Below, piece after piece: positions 1-8,838 of a DNA stretch of 32,000 nt. The notes beneath the pieces are model-generated. The model was not told the DNA's origin. It did no database searches and saw only the letters and a program-made list of their open reading frames with translations. Source of the stretch: an archaeon GW2011_AR10 (lineage in GTDB: Archaea; Iainarchaeota; Iainarchaeia; Iainarchaeales; GW2011-AR10); contig CP010424.1 in assembly GCA_000830275.1 (NCBI GenBank), positions 1,200,001 to 1,232,000 on the forward strand, written 5' to 3'. Made by a program: the position numbers and the translations under genes. How positions within the stretch are numbered: position 1 is the first letter of the stretch; every line of letters starts with the position of its first letter.

Positions 1-110
1 ATTATTCCTTAAAATTAACGGTTTTTTGCAGAGAGCAACGTTCACCTAATCCAAGTAAAATTTATAATCTGGTAGCGCCTTTTATTCTTAAAATGAAAGG
101 AGGTGAAATT

Positions 111-356
111 ATGGCTGGGTTTTCGCAGATTAGTGCCAAGGCGGCTGCAATTACTGGTGCGGTTCTGGGTTTTCTGTGCGGTATTTTTTCAATCGGAATG
201 GTTGGAATGATGGGGCTGAATTATGCAGGCTTTACCATGATGGGCGGCGCATATTCTTATCTGGGCTGGTTTACCGCAATTTATGGCCTTGTGATTGGCG
301 CGATTGTAGGCGGATTAATTGCAATAGTATACAACTGGGCACTTTCACTCAAGTAA
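111..356 (+). CDS. small glycine-rich membrane protein (hypothetical)
   Basis: ORF track 93..356. The in-frame ATG at 111 lies 4 nt after GGAGGTGA (99-106), the same SD-like word seen before the starts at 9226 and 19442. The product is Gly/Ala/Ile-rich with 2-3 hydrophobic spans. No family recognised. Confidence 0.55.
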   Translation: MAGFSQISAKAAAITGAVLGFLCGIFSIGMVGMMGLNYAGFTMMGGAYSYLGWFTAIYGLVIGAIVGGLIAIVYNWALSLK

Positions 357-447
357 AGAACATTGCAGAATTATGCTGTGTGCTTGATAAGCTGTTTTTG
401 CTAGGCTGGGCTTAACCAAAGTGAGAATTCTGTCTGATTCAATCAGT

Positions 448-1557
448 TTATGTTGAGTGCCCGAACTTCATTTGTATTTGTCCTGGAGCACTTGTTACAG
501 GCGGTTCTGCCCTGTAAATAATCCAAACAAAATCAACGCCGTTTGCAGACTGGTCCAGCGGGCCATCAGCAGAGCTGCCATTCCAACCATTAAGCACAAT
601 TTTGTATTTTGGCCCATATTCTGTTACGCCCCAATTTTGCCAGTCGGAATCCTGTATCTGCTCTATTCTCCATGTGCCTGAAGAACTTTCATAACCCCAT
701 GTGAGATCAGGTTCCAAAAAAAGCCTTAGTGTTGTAGGTGTTTCAAGGTAGTTCATGCCCCCGCTGTCATAATACAATACCTCTGAATACACCCTCCATG
801 CCCCTACAAGGTTTTCAATTGAAGGTTCTCCAAAATCCGGTGGCACAATATTTTCAGGCTGAGCCGGAGGCACTTCTTCAATTTCATTGTTTGCTTGTGT
901 AGCTCCATTATACTGCTCCTGTACAGTGCCTTGTTGTTCTACTCCATTATCCTGCTGTTCGGGGTTGTAGCCTTCGGGGACGTAGAACTCTACTGATTCA
1001 ATCATTTTTGCAACTGTGGAAGAGTGCTTGTCAAAGTCCTGCGCATCCGCAGCATAAGTAACCATATATCCCCAGTTGTCAGAATCAATTGTCCAAACCT
1101 GTGTTGCCCTGAGATCAAGATCCCCTGCCTTGCCTGTGTAATTTATCCAGTATGCATCAAGCCCTCCAAGTGTTGTCACTCCCTCCCCCTTAATCTGCAT
1201 GCCTTCAAGATGCTCGGCAAGCGAACTTTTCGAAATTTCAGTGAACTCATCAAGCGTCATTGGTTGTGATGAAAAATCAGTTGCAGTAACAACAACATTT
1301 TCATTAAAGGCACTTGAACCGTTTTCAGGCGCGTTAAAAACCACAACAGAACCTTCAATTTCTTTCATCAGCCAAGTTTTAGGGTACTTCATTCGCATTC
1401 CGTAATCCAAGCTGTCATATTGCAGGAATTCTTCCACCTGAACAGAACTTTGCTCTTGTGGAGAATTGTTGGTGTTAGAGGGGAATAGATTAAGGCAGCC
1501 TGACAGTATCACAATTGATATAATTGAAAAGATGAGCATTGTTTGTTTTAATTTCAT
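448..1557 (-). CDS. secreted or lipid-anchored protein (hypothetical; central domain possibly PsbP/DUF1795-like)
   Basis: 369-aa ORF. The N-terminus MKLKQTMLIFSIISIVILSGC is a signal peptide ending in a lipobox-like Cys. A Gln/Glu/Pro-rich linker and a Trp-rich C-terminal domain follow. The domain resemblance is from memory only. Confidence 0.6.
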   Translation of the reverse strand: MKLKQTMLIFSIISIVILSGCLNLFPSNTNNSPQEQSSVQVEEFLQYDSLDYGMRMKYPKTWLMKEIEGSVVVFNAPENGSSAFNENVVVTATDFSSQPMTLDEFTEISKSSLAEHLEGMQIKGEGVTTLGGLDAYWINYTGKAGDLDLRATQVWTIDSDNWGYMVTYAADAQDFDKHSSTVAKMIESVEFYVPEGYNPEQQDNGVEQQGTVQEQYNGATQANNEIEEVPPAQPENIVPPDFGEPSIENLVGAWRVYSEVLYYDSGGMNYLETPTTLRLFLEPDLTWGYESSSGTWRIEQIQDSDWQNWGVTEYGPKYKIVLNGWNGSSADGPLDQSANGVDFVWIIYRAEPPVTSAPGQIQMKFGHST

Positions 1558-1675
1558 CAGAATTCATACGAATTCATTATATATAAATTTGCCCCCATCA
1601 AGGCTTTGCGGATTTTTTAGCCAAAAGAGGTTTTAGGTAAATTTTTGCCGTAAAAAAAGCTCATTCAATGCCCTG

Positions 1676-2503
1676 TCAGAAACCAATTAATTTTGAAAGG
1701 AAAAAAGCTGCAATCATTAAAGCGGTCTGTGGAGGCAAAGCTGGCAAAGCCTTGCCAATCCTTTTTGAGAGGTAACTGATTGTTAGAATCAGGCCTGTAA
1801 GGGAGGCAAGCAGGATCAATGTCGGGGGAACAAGGTACTGTGGGAAAGGGTACAGTGGTTTTGTTGATGCGAGAACGCTTGTAGCGAAAACAAGCGGCAT
1901 TACAAGGTCACCGGTTCCCAACTCGAACTGGTGCTCTTTGGTTGGCAAAGCGTAAGTGAAGGAAAGATTTTTTTTAGTCACGCTTTTTGCAAGCGTAACC
2001 ATGTGCTTTGTCTTGAAGACTGCAACGTAATCGTAAACTGAAAGCAGCACCAACAGCAATAGAACAGGCATAACTCCCAAGCTCACCCCGATAAGCGCTC
2101 CAGCTCCAACTGTTGCAATAATGCTTGTAAAGTTTCGCAGCAAAACATGATTTGGGAAAATGTTCCTCAAGACAACTATCAATGCTGCAAGCGGCACCAC
2201 AACCAATGATTCAATGAATGAGCCGAAAACCAGGATGCTTGTGCCGAAAATTGCAATGCCCTCAATTGCCTTAAGCAGCAGGTAAAGCAACTGTTCTTTG
2301 AGGAATTTAACCGCGATTAACAGTATTACCGTGAAAACAAGGATATAGGCAATCAAACCAACAGTATTAAGCGGGTCATCCGGGTTATCTGTTATAATTG
2401 GCGCTGAAACGTCTGCCTCAATAAGTTTCAGCGCAACAAAAAGGCCAAGCGACTGCGTAACCAGAAACAATACCACAAGCTGCGCCAAAAGCTTTTTGTC
2501 CAT
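1676..2503 (-). CDS. presenilin / signal-peptide-peptidase-like intramembrane aspartyl protease (A22 family)
   Basis: ORF track 1676..2605, trimmed to ATG 2503 (MDKKLL). The protein is polytopic. It has the YD motif (LSVYDYVAVF), the GxGD motif (LGTGDLVMP) and a C-terminal PAL motif (KALPALPP), which together are the A22 signature triad. Confidence 0.75.
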   Translation of the reverse strand: MDKKLLAQLVVLFLVTQSLGLFVALKLIEADVSAPIITDNPDDPLNTVGLIAYILVFTVILLIAVKFLKEQLLYLLLKAIEGIAIFGTSILVFGSFIESLVVVPLAALIVVLRNIFPNHVLLRNFTSIIATVGAGALIGVSLGVMPVLLLLVLLSVYDYVAVFKTKHMVTLAKSVTKKNLSFTYALPTKEHQFELGTGDLVMPLVFATSVLASTKPLYPFPQYLVPPTLILLASLTGLILTISYLSKRIGKALPALPPQTALMIAAFFLSKLIGF

Positions 2504-2529
2504 TGCACTATTTACGCAGGAAAGAGAAT

Positions 2530-2712
2530 TTAAAGCTTGAAGTAAAAGCTGTAAACAAAACCCAGAACAAAAATTACAAGAAAACCGGTTTGAGTGAAAG
2601 CCCAATGGCCAAAGCCAACGCCCAAAAATGTGAGAGAAATTATTCCAGTGTATCCGATTACTGTCATTATTGCGGCTTCAGCCAAGTTTTTTGCCAACCC
2701 CATTTTTATCAC
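2530..2712 (-). CDS. 60-aa two-TM membrane protein (hypothetical)
   Basis: ORF track. Two hydrophobic helices. It lies 27 nt upstream of the presenilin-like gene on the same strand and overlaps the preceding ORF by 4 nt (ATGA). Confidence 0.5.
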   Translation of the reverse strand: MIKMGLAKNLAEAAIMTVIGYTGIISLTFLGVGFGHWAFTQTGFLVIFVLGFVYSFYFKL

Positions 2713-3068
2713 CTGAAGAACAGAATTGATACTATGAATGCCCCATAAAATTGCAGCTCATTGATAAAAATCAAGTATTTCCTCAAATACCTGTTGTTTT
2801 CAGCGATTGCAAGCACTATGAGCTTTGAAATGTAATAAATCAAGAGAAAGCTTCCGACAAAGAAAGGAATGCCTAGCACTTTCTCAAAATCTAGGAAAGC
2901 AAACAATGTTGCAAATATCACGATGCTCCCTCTGATGATGTTCTGTCCCTCCATAAAAATAAAAATGACTGAGAAGAACATGAAAGTCATCATTGGGTTC
3001 CTTAAAGGCCAGGCTAAAACCCATGCCCCATCCAATGTTGCTAAGTGCGCCAGTATTTCCAAAAGCAT
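2709..3068 (-). CDS. 119-aa polytopic membrane protein (hypothetical)
   Basis: ORF track. 3-4 hydrophobic spans. It is the first gene of a three-gene minus-strand unit, with an AT-rich promoter region directly upstream (3069-3185). Confidence 0.5.
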   Translation of the reverse strand: MLLEILAHLATLDGAWVLAWPLRNPMMTFMFFSVIFIFMEGQNIIRGSIVIFATLFAFLDFEKVLGIPFFVGSFLLIYYISKLIVLAIAENNRYLRKYLIFINELQFYGAFIVSILFFR

Positions 3069-3136
3069 TGCTGATCACTGAAAGGATAACTGAAATAATA
3101 GTGTATTTTCTATTATTTAAAATATTTTAATGATTT

Positions 3137-3170
3137 TTTTATAAAAACGATATATTTTTATATTTATTTT
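3137..3170 (+). promoter_or_regulatory. AT-rich TATA-like promoter region for the Lrp-like gene (possibly bidirectional)
   Basis: TTTATATTTA at 3157-3166 is centred about 25 nt before ATG 3186, a spacing typical of a leaderless archaeal mRNA. The whole spacer is AT-rich, so the exact box is ambiguous. Confidence 0.3.
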
Positions 3171-3185
3171 TACTTTTGATAAAAT

Positions 3186-4163
3186 ATGGCTGATTTAAAG
3201 GTTGATTTGCGGGACAGGAAGATCCTTTATTATCTGGATATAAATGCCAGGCAGCCTCTTTCGAAGATCGCCAAAAAGACTGGTTTAAGCAAGGAAGTTG
3301 TCAATTACCGCATCAACCGCATGCTGGATGAAGGCATTATCAGAAGCTTTTATGCCCGCATTGACACCTCAAAATTGGGTTTAACACTTTTCAGAACATT
3401 TATCAGAATGCAGAACCTCACCCCGCAAAAGGAAAAAGAGTTCATTGGTTACATTGCAAAGAACCCAAAAATCGGTTTTTTCACAAGAGTTGAAGGAAAT
3501 TTTGATTTTAACTTTATTTACTGGACCAAATCCGTTTCAGATTATTTTTATTTCTGGAAAGAGCTTAACATTAAGTTCGGAAAATTTATTGCAAAAAAGG
3601 AACTTCACATTCTCGAGTACTATGCAAATTTCCAGAAAGGTTTTTTGGTTGGAAAAAAAGACCTGTCAATTCCTTTCTTTGAATGCGGGTTAAAAGAAGA
3701 AATTGAGGTTGACAAAATTGATTATGATATGCTTAACATTCTCGCTGCCAATGGGAGGAAACCCCTGATTGAAATTGCGAAACAGTTGGGCATTTCCGAC
3801 AAGGTTGTTTCTTACAGATTAAAAAAACTTGAAAAAGCAGGAGTAATTCATTCGTACGGGGTGCAGCTGGCCCTTGATAAAGTAGGGCTTCATTATTACA
3901 AACTTCACCTGTTCCTGAAAAATTTTTCTGCGGAAAGATTTAATGCATTGAAAAACTTTGCAATTACAAATCCGGATGTGGTTTTCATTGATGAAGCTTT
4001 AGGCGGCCCAGACTTTGAAATCGAGCTTTACCTTAAAACAAAACAGGAGTATTATGCTTTTCTTTCGAAATTAAGGTACAAATTCTCTGATTTAATCCGC
4101 GACTTTGAAACCCTGTATTATCCAGAGGAATTCAAGCTGGTGCTTTTCCCGTGGAAAGGCTAA
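3186..4163 (+). CDS. tandem (two-module) Lrp/AsnC-family transcriptional regulator
   Basis: There are two AsnC-type winged-helix modules: DRKILYYLDINARQPLSKIAKKTGLSKEVVNYRINRMLDEGIIRSF and DYDMLNILAANGRKPLIEIAKQLGISDKVVSYRLKKLEKAGVIHSY. Each is followed by an alpha/beta-like region. Confidence 0.75.
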   Translation: MADLKVDLRDRKILYYLDINARQPLSKIAKKTGLSKEVVNYRINRMLDEGIIRSFYARIDTSKLGLTLFRTFIRMQNLTPQKEKEFIGYIAKNPKIGFFTRVEGNFDFNFIYWTKSVSDYFYFWKELNIKFGKFIAKKELHILEYYANFQKGFLVGKKDLSIPFFECGLKEEIEVDKIDYDMLNILAANGRKPLIEIAKQLGISDKVVSYRLKKLEKAGVIHSYGVQLALDKVGLHYYKLHLFLKNFSAERFNALKNFAITNPDVVFIDEALGGPDFEIELYLKTKQEYYAFLSKLRYKFSDLIRDFETLYYPEEFKLVLFPWKG

Positions 4164-4177
4164 TATCAATAAGAAAA

Positions 4178-4834
4178 TCATTCGGTAATTGCTTTCCCAA
4201 TCCTCACAATAGTTGCCCCTTCCTCTATTGCGACCTCAAAGTCATTGCTCATTCCCATGCTTAATTCCGGCAGCCTGAATTCCTCCGCCAGGTCAGCGAG
4301 CTTCTTGAAATAGAGCCTTGAGTCCTCTTTATTCTCGCTGAAAGGCGCCATTGTCATCAGGCCAACAATTCTCACGTTCCCGAAAGGAAGCTGCTTGTAC
4401 GTATCAAGAAATGAGGCAAGTTCCCCAGGTTTCAAGCCGTTTTTGCTTGCTTCACCTGAAACATTAACCTGCAAAAAAACTTTCTGTTGCTTGTCAAGTC
4501 CGTGCGCCGCCAACTGGATTTTCCTCAAAAGCTTGTGCGAGTCAACAGAGTGAATAACCTCGCATGATTGCACTGCTTCCATTGCCTTGTTTGACTGCAA
4601 GTGACCAATCAAATGCCATTCTGCTCCCTTAACTTTTTCTGCTTTTTTTACAAGCTCCTGCACTTTGTTCTCTCCAAAAACCTTCTGGCCAAAGGAAACA
4701 AGCTGGTTTGCCTGCTCCGCTGTCAAATACTTTGAAGCAATCAGCAGCTTCACATTGCTTGGCTTTCTGCCGCTTCTTTCGGCGGCACCTGCAATTTTTT
4801 CCCTTATTTTTTTCAGGTTATCTACTATATCCAT
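4178..4834 (-). CDS. yggS: YggS/PLPBP-family pyridoxal-phosphate homeostasis protein
   Basis: 218 aa. It has LIASKY (the PLP-binding Lys region), GENKVQE and WHLIGHLQSNK motifs and a C-terminal VRIG, all typical of the YggS family. Confidence 0.85.
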   Translation of the reverse strand: MDIVDNLKKIREKIAGAAERSGRKPSNVKLLIASKYLTAEQANQLVSFGQKVFGENKVQELVKKAEKVKGAEWHLIGHLQSNKAMEAVQSCEVIHSVDSHKLLRKIQLAAHGLDKQQKVFLQVNVSGEASKNGLKPGELASFLDTYKQLPFGNVRIVGLMTMAPFSENKEDSRLYFKKLADLAEEFRLPELSMGMSNDFEVAIEEGATIVRIGKAITE

Positions 4835-4859
4835 AAGAAAAAGTAAAGCAAAAAAATTG

Positions 4860-6962
4860 TTATTTCTTTTGCGTTGGCTTCACAAACCCGTGCCTTGGCC
4901 TGTAAATATCGCCTGCTTTCTCGAGCTTTGAAACGATTTCGTTGGTTTTTTCCTCGTCAATTCCAAGTGTTTTTGCTTCCTCTCTTACTTCTTCCAGTGG
5001 CACCATGTCAAGTTCAGATGCTTTTCCCTTGATTATGTTCAGCACTTTTCTCAGGTTTTCAACAACCACGTGGCTCTGCCCAGTAGTAATGAGGTCAAAG
5101 TCAATTTTGCCTGTCTCCTGGTCGGTTACAAGCTGCTCTAATGATGTCCGGAAAATCCTTATTGCCCTGTCAGTGTCCTGCAATTCAACCTCGTTGCTCA
5201 GTCTGACTCTGGCAGAAGCTTCGCTCATCCTAACCAAAGCCTCAAGCTGCCTGTGGGTTGCAGTGTAAGTTCCTTCCTTTCTTCCCTGCTCACGAAGGTT
5301 AACATAAAACTCTGTTATTGCATCAATTGTTTCCCCGCTCATAACAGGAAAACAGTTCTGCCTTGCGTAAGAAATAACCTTTTTCAGCATTTCAGCGTCA
5401 ATTAACGGCGTAATCCGTTTTTTCATTTCCTCGATTTCAGCAGAAGAAGATTTGGTGCCCTGCTTTTTCTGCTGGCGCATCATTTCACCTACTTGGTGGG
5501 TGCGCAGAATATGTGAAGCAATCTCTTCATCCTTTTTCTTGTCAAGAACATCCCTTATCAAGAAGAACACATCGAACCTGCTGAGAAGACTGGCAGGCAA
5601 ATTAATCTGCTCAATAAAGTTTTGGTATGGGTCGAACCTTGAATACTTTGGGTTTGCTGCAGCAAGAATGCTGGTTTCACTCTTAAACCTTGCTACAATT
5701 CCTGCCTTTGCAACGCTTACGGATTCCTGCTCTGCTGCTTCATGCAATGCACTTCTGTCCTCTGGATCCATTTTGTCGAGCTCATCAACCATGCAGATTC
5801 CCCCGGAAGCAAGCACTAACGCGCCAGCCTTCAGTGTCCAGCCGCCTTCCCCGAACTCGTCCTTAACAGCAGTGGCAGAAATTCCTGCACCGGTTGCAGT
5901 TTTTCCAGCAATGTAAATTCCTTTCGGCGCAATCTTGTTGACTGCCAGTAGAATTGCACTTTTTGCCAAGCCTGGCTCTCCAACAAGCAGGACATGAATG
6001 TTGCCCCTGATTTTGTTTTCCCCCGGCAGAATCTTTTTCACTCCGCCGAAAAGCTGCAATGCAATAGCTTCTTTTACGGCTTCATGGCCGTAAATGTTTG
6101 GCGCAATGCTCTGAATCAGCATCTGGTAAATGTTCTTGTTCGCTGCAAGCTTCTTTATTTCCTCTTCCTCTTCTTTTGAAATCTCAAGTTCATCGAATTC
6201 CCTAGCGGTTTCCTCCAAGTGAATTGCCTCAATGAACCTTCCGTAAACAGCGTTCTTTTCCTTCGGCGGCCTAAGCCTCAGCATCCCAGTAATAACTGTT
6301 CTGGCTCCAGGATAAACCTTGTTTACCATGTCCTCGCTGGCATAAACCTCCATGTTGGTTGCCTGCTCGCTTCCCTTCAATAACTCTAAAGGCTCCTGAA
6401 CCAGAATCTTCTGGTAATCAACGAACTCGGAGTCATCTGCTTTCAATGAAAAGTCACGGTGCTTGCACTCGCAGATGCTCGGCTCAGCTGTCTTCTGCGT
6501 TGACTGCAGCAATCTATAGGTGTTACCGCAGCGCCTGCACTCCCACACAGCCATTCTCAGTTTTGGCAGAACATCAGTTATCTGCCTTACAACGCCTTCA
6601 ACGCTAATCAATTTGCTTAAATGCTTTGAGCCAATGTCCCTCAAAATAACCAAGCTGTCCTTCGGCAGGTTAAAAACTCGAATGTATGGCTTGAATTCAT
6701 CAAGCTCCAGTGTTGGGACATCAATGCCCTGCATTGCTTCCTCTGCTGCAGCCAAAACCGCGTCAGGGTTTCTCAGCAGCTCATCCGCCAACTCAAAGTC
6801 AAAGTGCTCCAATTCAGTGAAATCAATGAAAAGGCTTTTTTTATCCGGATAGTGTTCCACGAGCTTCTCAATCTGCTTTTTGCACTGGCTTTCCAGAAAT
6901 GACTGGAATTTGCCGACAAAAGGGTTCTCGTGCACTGCCTCCAAAGCTTTCTGTTCAGCCAT
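4860..6962 (-). CDS. mcm: MCM replicative helicase
   Basis: ORF track 4860..7007 begins at a GTG; trimmed to ATG 6962 (MAEQKALEAV). It has a C4 zinc motif (CRRCGN...CECKH), Walker A (GEPGLAKS), Walker B (VDELDKM), the arginine-finger SRFD and a C-terminal winged-helix-like tail. No intein. Confidence 0.95.
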   Translation of the reverse strand: MAEQKALEAVHENPFVGKFQSFLESQCKKQIEKLVEHYPDKKSLFIDFTELEHFDFELADELLRNPDAVLAAAEEAMQGIDVPTLELDEFKPYIRVFNLPKDSLVILRDIGSKHLSKLISVEGVVRQITDVLPKLRMAVWECRRCGNTYRLLQSTQKTAEPSICECKHRDFSLKADDSEFVDYQKILVQEPLELLKGSEQATNMEVYASEDMVNKVYPGARTVITGMLRLRPPKEKNAVYGRFIEAIHLEETAREFDELEISKEEEEEIKKLAANKNIYQMLIQSIAPNIYGHEAVKEAIALQLFGGVKKILPGENKIRGNIHVLLVGEPGLAKSAILLAVNKIAPKGIYIAGKTATGAGISATAVKDEFGEGGWTLKAGALVLASGGICMVDELDKMDPEDRSALHEAAEQESVSVAKAGIVARFKSETSILAAANPKYSRFDPYQNFIEQINLPASLLSRFDVFFLIRDVLDKKKDEEIASHILRTHQVGEMMRQQKKQGTKSSSAEIEEMKKRITPLIDAEMLKKVISYARQNCFPVMSGETIDAITEFYVNLREQGRKEGTYTATHRQLEALVRMSEASARVRLSNEVELQDTDRAIRIFRTSLEQLVTDQETGKIDFDLITTGQSHVVVENLRKVLNIIKGKASELDMVPLEEVREEAKTLGIDEEKTNEIVSKLEKAGDIYRPRHGFVKPTQKK

Positions 6963-6995
6963 GCGTTTTACCCCAAAAAACCATTGTTTTGCTTC

Positions 6996-7003
6996 ATTTA
7001 AAA
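6996..7003 (-). promoter_or_regulatory. TATA-like box upstream of mcm
   Basis: The minus strand reads TTTTAAAT, centred about 38 nt upstream of ATG 6962. Confidence 0.3.
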
Positions 7004-7226
7004 GCACTTTGGGAGTACACTTCCGGTGTAAGCCCAGCTACCTGCATTGGGAGAATTAGTAAAGGGAGTTCAATTAAATTTATTCAGTTTATACTATAGC
7101 GAATGACATTAATAATTGAACATTTATTGCTCATTTTTTATTGCTCACTTGCTATATGTAAAAGACAATATGTTGTCCAAATAATTATGCCTTTTACTAT
7201 ATTAGGTCACCGAATTTATTAATGCT

Positions 7227-7242
7227 GATTAGTTAACTAATC
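7227..7242. promoter_or_regulatory. perfect 16-bp palindrome GATTAGTTAACTAATC
   Basis: Read directly from the sequence. It lies in the non-coding spacer between the methyltransferase unit and mcm. Candidate dimeric protein-binding site. Confidence 0.4.
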
Positions 7243-7451
7243 CAACCTCTTCCGCCAAAAAAATTAAGGAATCAAACAGTTCGCAGTTTTGCATGCACTG
7301 TGCAAGCTGCTGAATGCCTTATTATTTTTTCCAAACAATGTGCCCATTCACGTCGTTTTTTTCGTAAACCTCAAGTTTAAAGTACTCCATTAAAAGGTCA
7401 AGCTGACTTTGGTCCTCTTTTGATTTTTTGTTTTTAGCCACAGAATTACCC

Positions 7452-8258
7452 TTAATGAGCACTCTTTGTGTTCTCTAAAACAAGTTTCTGCTGTTCTATT
7501 GCTTCATTTTTCAATCGCTTTTTTGCAAGTTCACAATAAGTTTTATCTATCTCAATTCCAATACCTTTGCGCTTATTCAAGTAAGCAGCAATGAGGGTTG
7601 AACCACTGCCTAAAAAGGGGTCAAGCACTACATCATCCACAAAGCTAAACAATTTGATGCATCTCTGGGGCAATTCTAATGGGAAAGGCGTAGGGTGGCC
7701 AATTTTCTTTTTGCTTTCACCAGAAAAAGTCCAAACCCCATTTGTCCATCCCATAAACTCATCTTTCTTAATGTCTGAAATCCCACTGCCTGTTGTTTTT
7801 CTCCACTCATTTTTGTATAAAATAACAATTAATTCAACAGGGGCTATTACATATGGTGCTCTGGCACTCATCCAAGACCCCCACGCTGTCCGTCTTGATA
7901 TATTGCCCTCATTCCATATAATCGTTGAGTGATACTTGAAACCAACGCTTTTTGCTATGTTTGTTAAGTCTGCTCCAACGCTTTGCTGGCCATCTTTGTT
8001 TTTGTCTAAAGGTATGTTCAAACAAAAACGTCCATCATCTTTTAACCAATTAAAGCAACGGCTAAGCCACTTCTTACTAAAATCAAGGTAATCAGAATAA
8101 GATATTTTGTCATTGTGGCTATTGTACTTTATATCTACATTATAAGGCGGTGAAGTGATTATTAGGTCAATACTTTTGTTTTCTATGGCATCTGTAGAAA
8201 TAGCGTCATCATTAATTATTCTGATGTTATCGTGTGAAAAATAATTTTTATTCATCAA
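7452..8258 (-). CDS. beta-class N4-cytosine/N6-adenine DNA methyltransferase (SPPY motif favours m4C); no partner endonuclease seen
   Basis: Motif IV is ITSPPYNV near the N-terminus and motif I is VLDPFLGSGSTLIAA near the C-terminus (IV-before-I order = beta class). The gene is AT-rich: a spot count of line 7501-7560 gives 18/60 G+C. Confidence 0.85.
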   Translation of the reverse strand: MMNKNYFSHDNIRIINDDAISTDAIENKSIDLIITSPPYNVDIKYNSHNDKISYSDYLDFSKKWLSRCFNWLKDDGRFCLNIPLDKNKDGQQSVGADLTNIAKSVGFKYHSTIIWNEGNISRRTAWGSWMSARAPYVIAPVELIVILYKNEWRKTTGSGISDIKKDEFMGWTNGVWTFSGESKKKIGHPTPFPLELPQRCIKLFSFVDDVVLDPFLGSGSTLIAAYLNKRKGIGIEIDKTYCELAKKRLKNEAIEQQKLVLENTKSAH

Positions 8259-8429
8259 GAAGTTATAAGGCTAAAAAGGTTAAATAAGCTTACGGGGGAG
8301 TAGATTTCCACTGAACATTATTGGGTTTGCTCTTTTTTTACCTTTTTTTGTATATGTTCAACAAGCTTGTTGACATGGCACATGAAAGAATGTCGAAGAA
8401 TTAATATGAAGAACAGCAGGTAATATGTC

Positions 8430-8834
8430 ATGCGCAGGCAGCTTCCAATTAAAAAGCGAAGGGTTCCACGCGTCCTTATAGTAAAAGCCGGTGCATCAGA
8501 AGCAATTATAAGAAAGCGCACTGTTGGGCGCTCTAAGTTGAGCAGGCAGGCAGAAGAAAAGCTCTCCCAGCTTAAAAGCAGTGATGATGCAAAACGCTAC
8601 CTTGCAGTAAGAGAGCTTGCTGGCCTTAAAGAAAGAGCCGCAGCCCCTTTTGTTGCAAGAGTGCTCCAAGAAGACTACTCTGCTGGAGTAAGAATGGGCG
8701 CTGCAATGGCTTTAGGGGAGCTGGGCAATAACTCGAGGGAATTAATTGGGCTGCTGCAAAAGGCCTGGATTAATGAAAAAAGCGAACCAGTAAAGGTTGC
8801 AATACATAATGCGCTGAAAAAATTGGGGGTGTGA
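8430..8834 (+). CDS. HEAT / PBS-lyase-like repeat protein
   Basis: Repeated helical units (RYLAVRELAGLKERAAAPFVARVL, GVRMGAAMALGELGNNSRELIGLLQKA, VKVAIHNALKKLG) follow a basic N-terminus. Confidence 0.6.
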   Translation: MRRQLPIKKRRVPRVLIVKAGASEAIIRKRTVGRSKLSRQAEEKLSQLKSSDDAKRYLAVRELAGLKERAAAPFVARVLQEDYSAGVRMGAAMALGELGNNSRELIGLLQKAWINEKSEPVKVAIHNALKKLGV

Positions 8835-8838
8835 ATGC

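Noticed and set aside
2503-2605. 34-codon N-terminal extension of the presenilin-like ORF (and the ORFs 2503..2748 + and 2869..3081 +)
   Set aside because: The extension is Cys/Phe-rich and overlaps the end of the upstream 60-aa gene. ATG 2503 begins directly before the first TM helix. The plus-strand ORFs lie antisense to the membrane-protein genes.
7008-7450. A degraded restriction endonuclease gene next to the methyltransferase
   Set aside because: All six frames are densely interrupted by stops and no nuclease motif (PD-(D/E)xK, HNH, GIY-YIG) could be read by eye. This cannot be excluded without a tblastn search, so it is kept only as a possibility under the methyltransferase finding.
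8318-8521. 67-aa minus-strand ORF
   Set aside because: It overlaps the start of the HEAT-repeat gene and the divergent promoter region. Its composition is hydrophobic and Arg-rich and it has no motifs.
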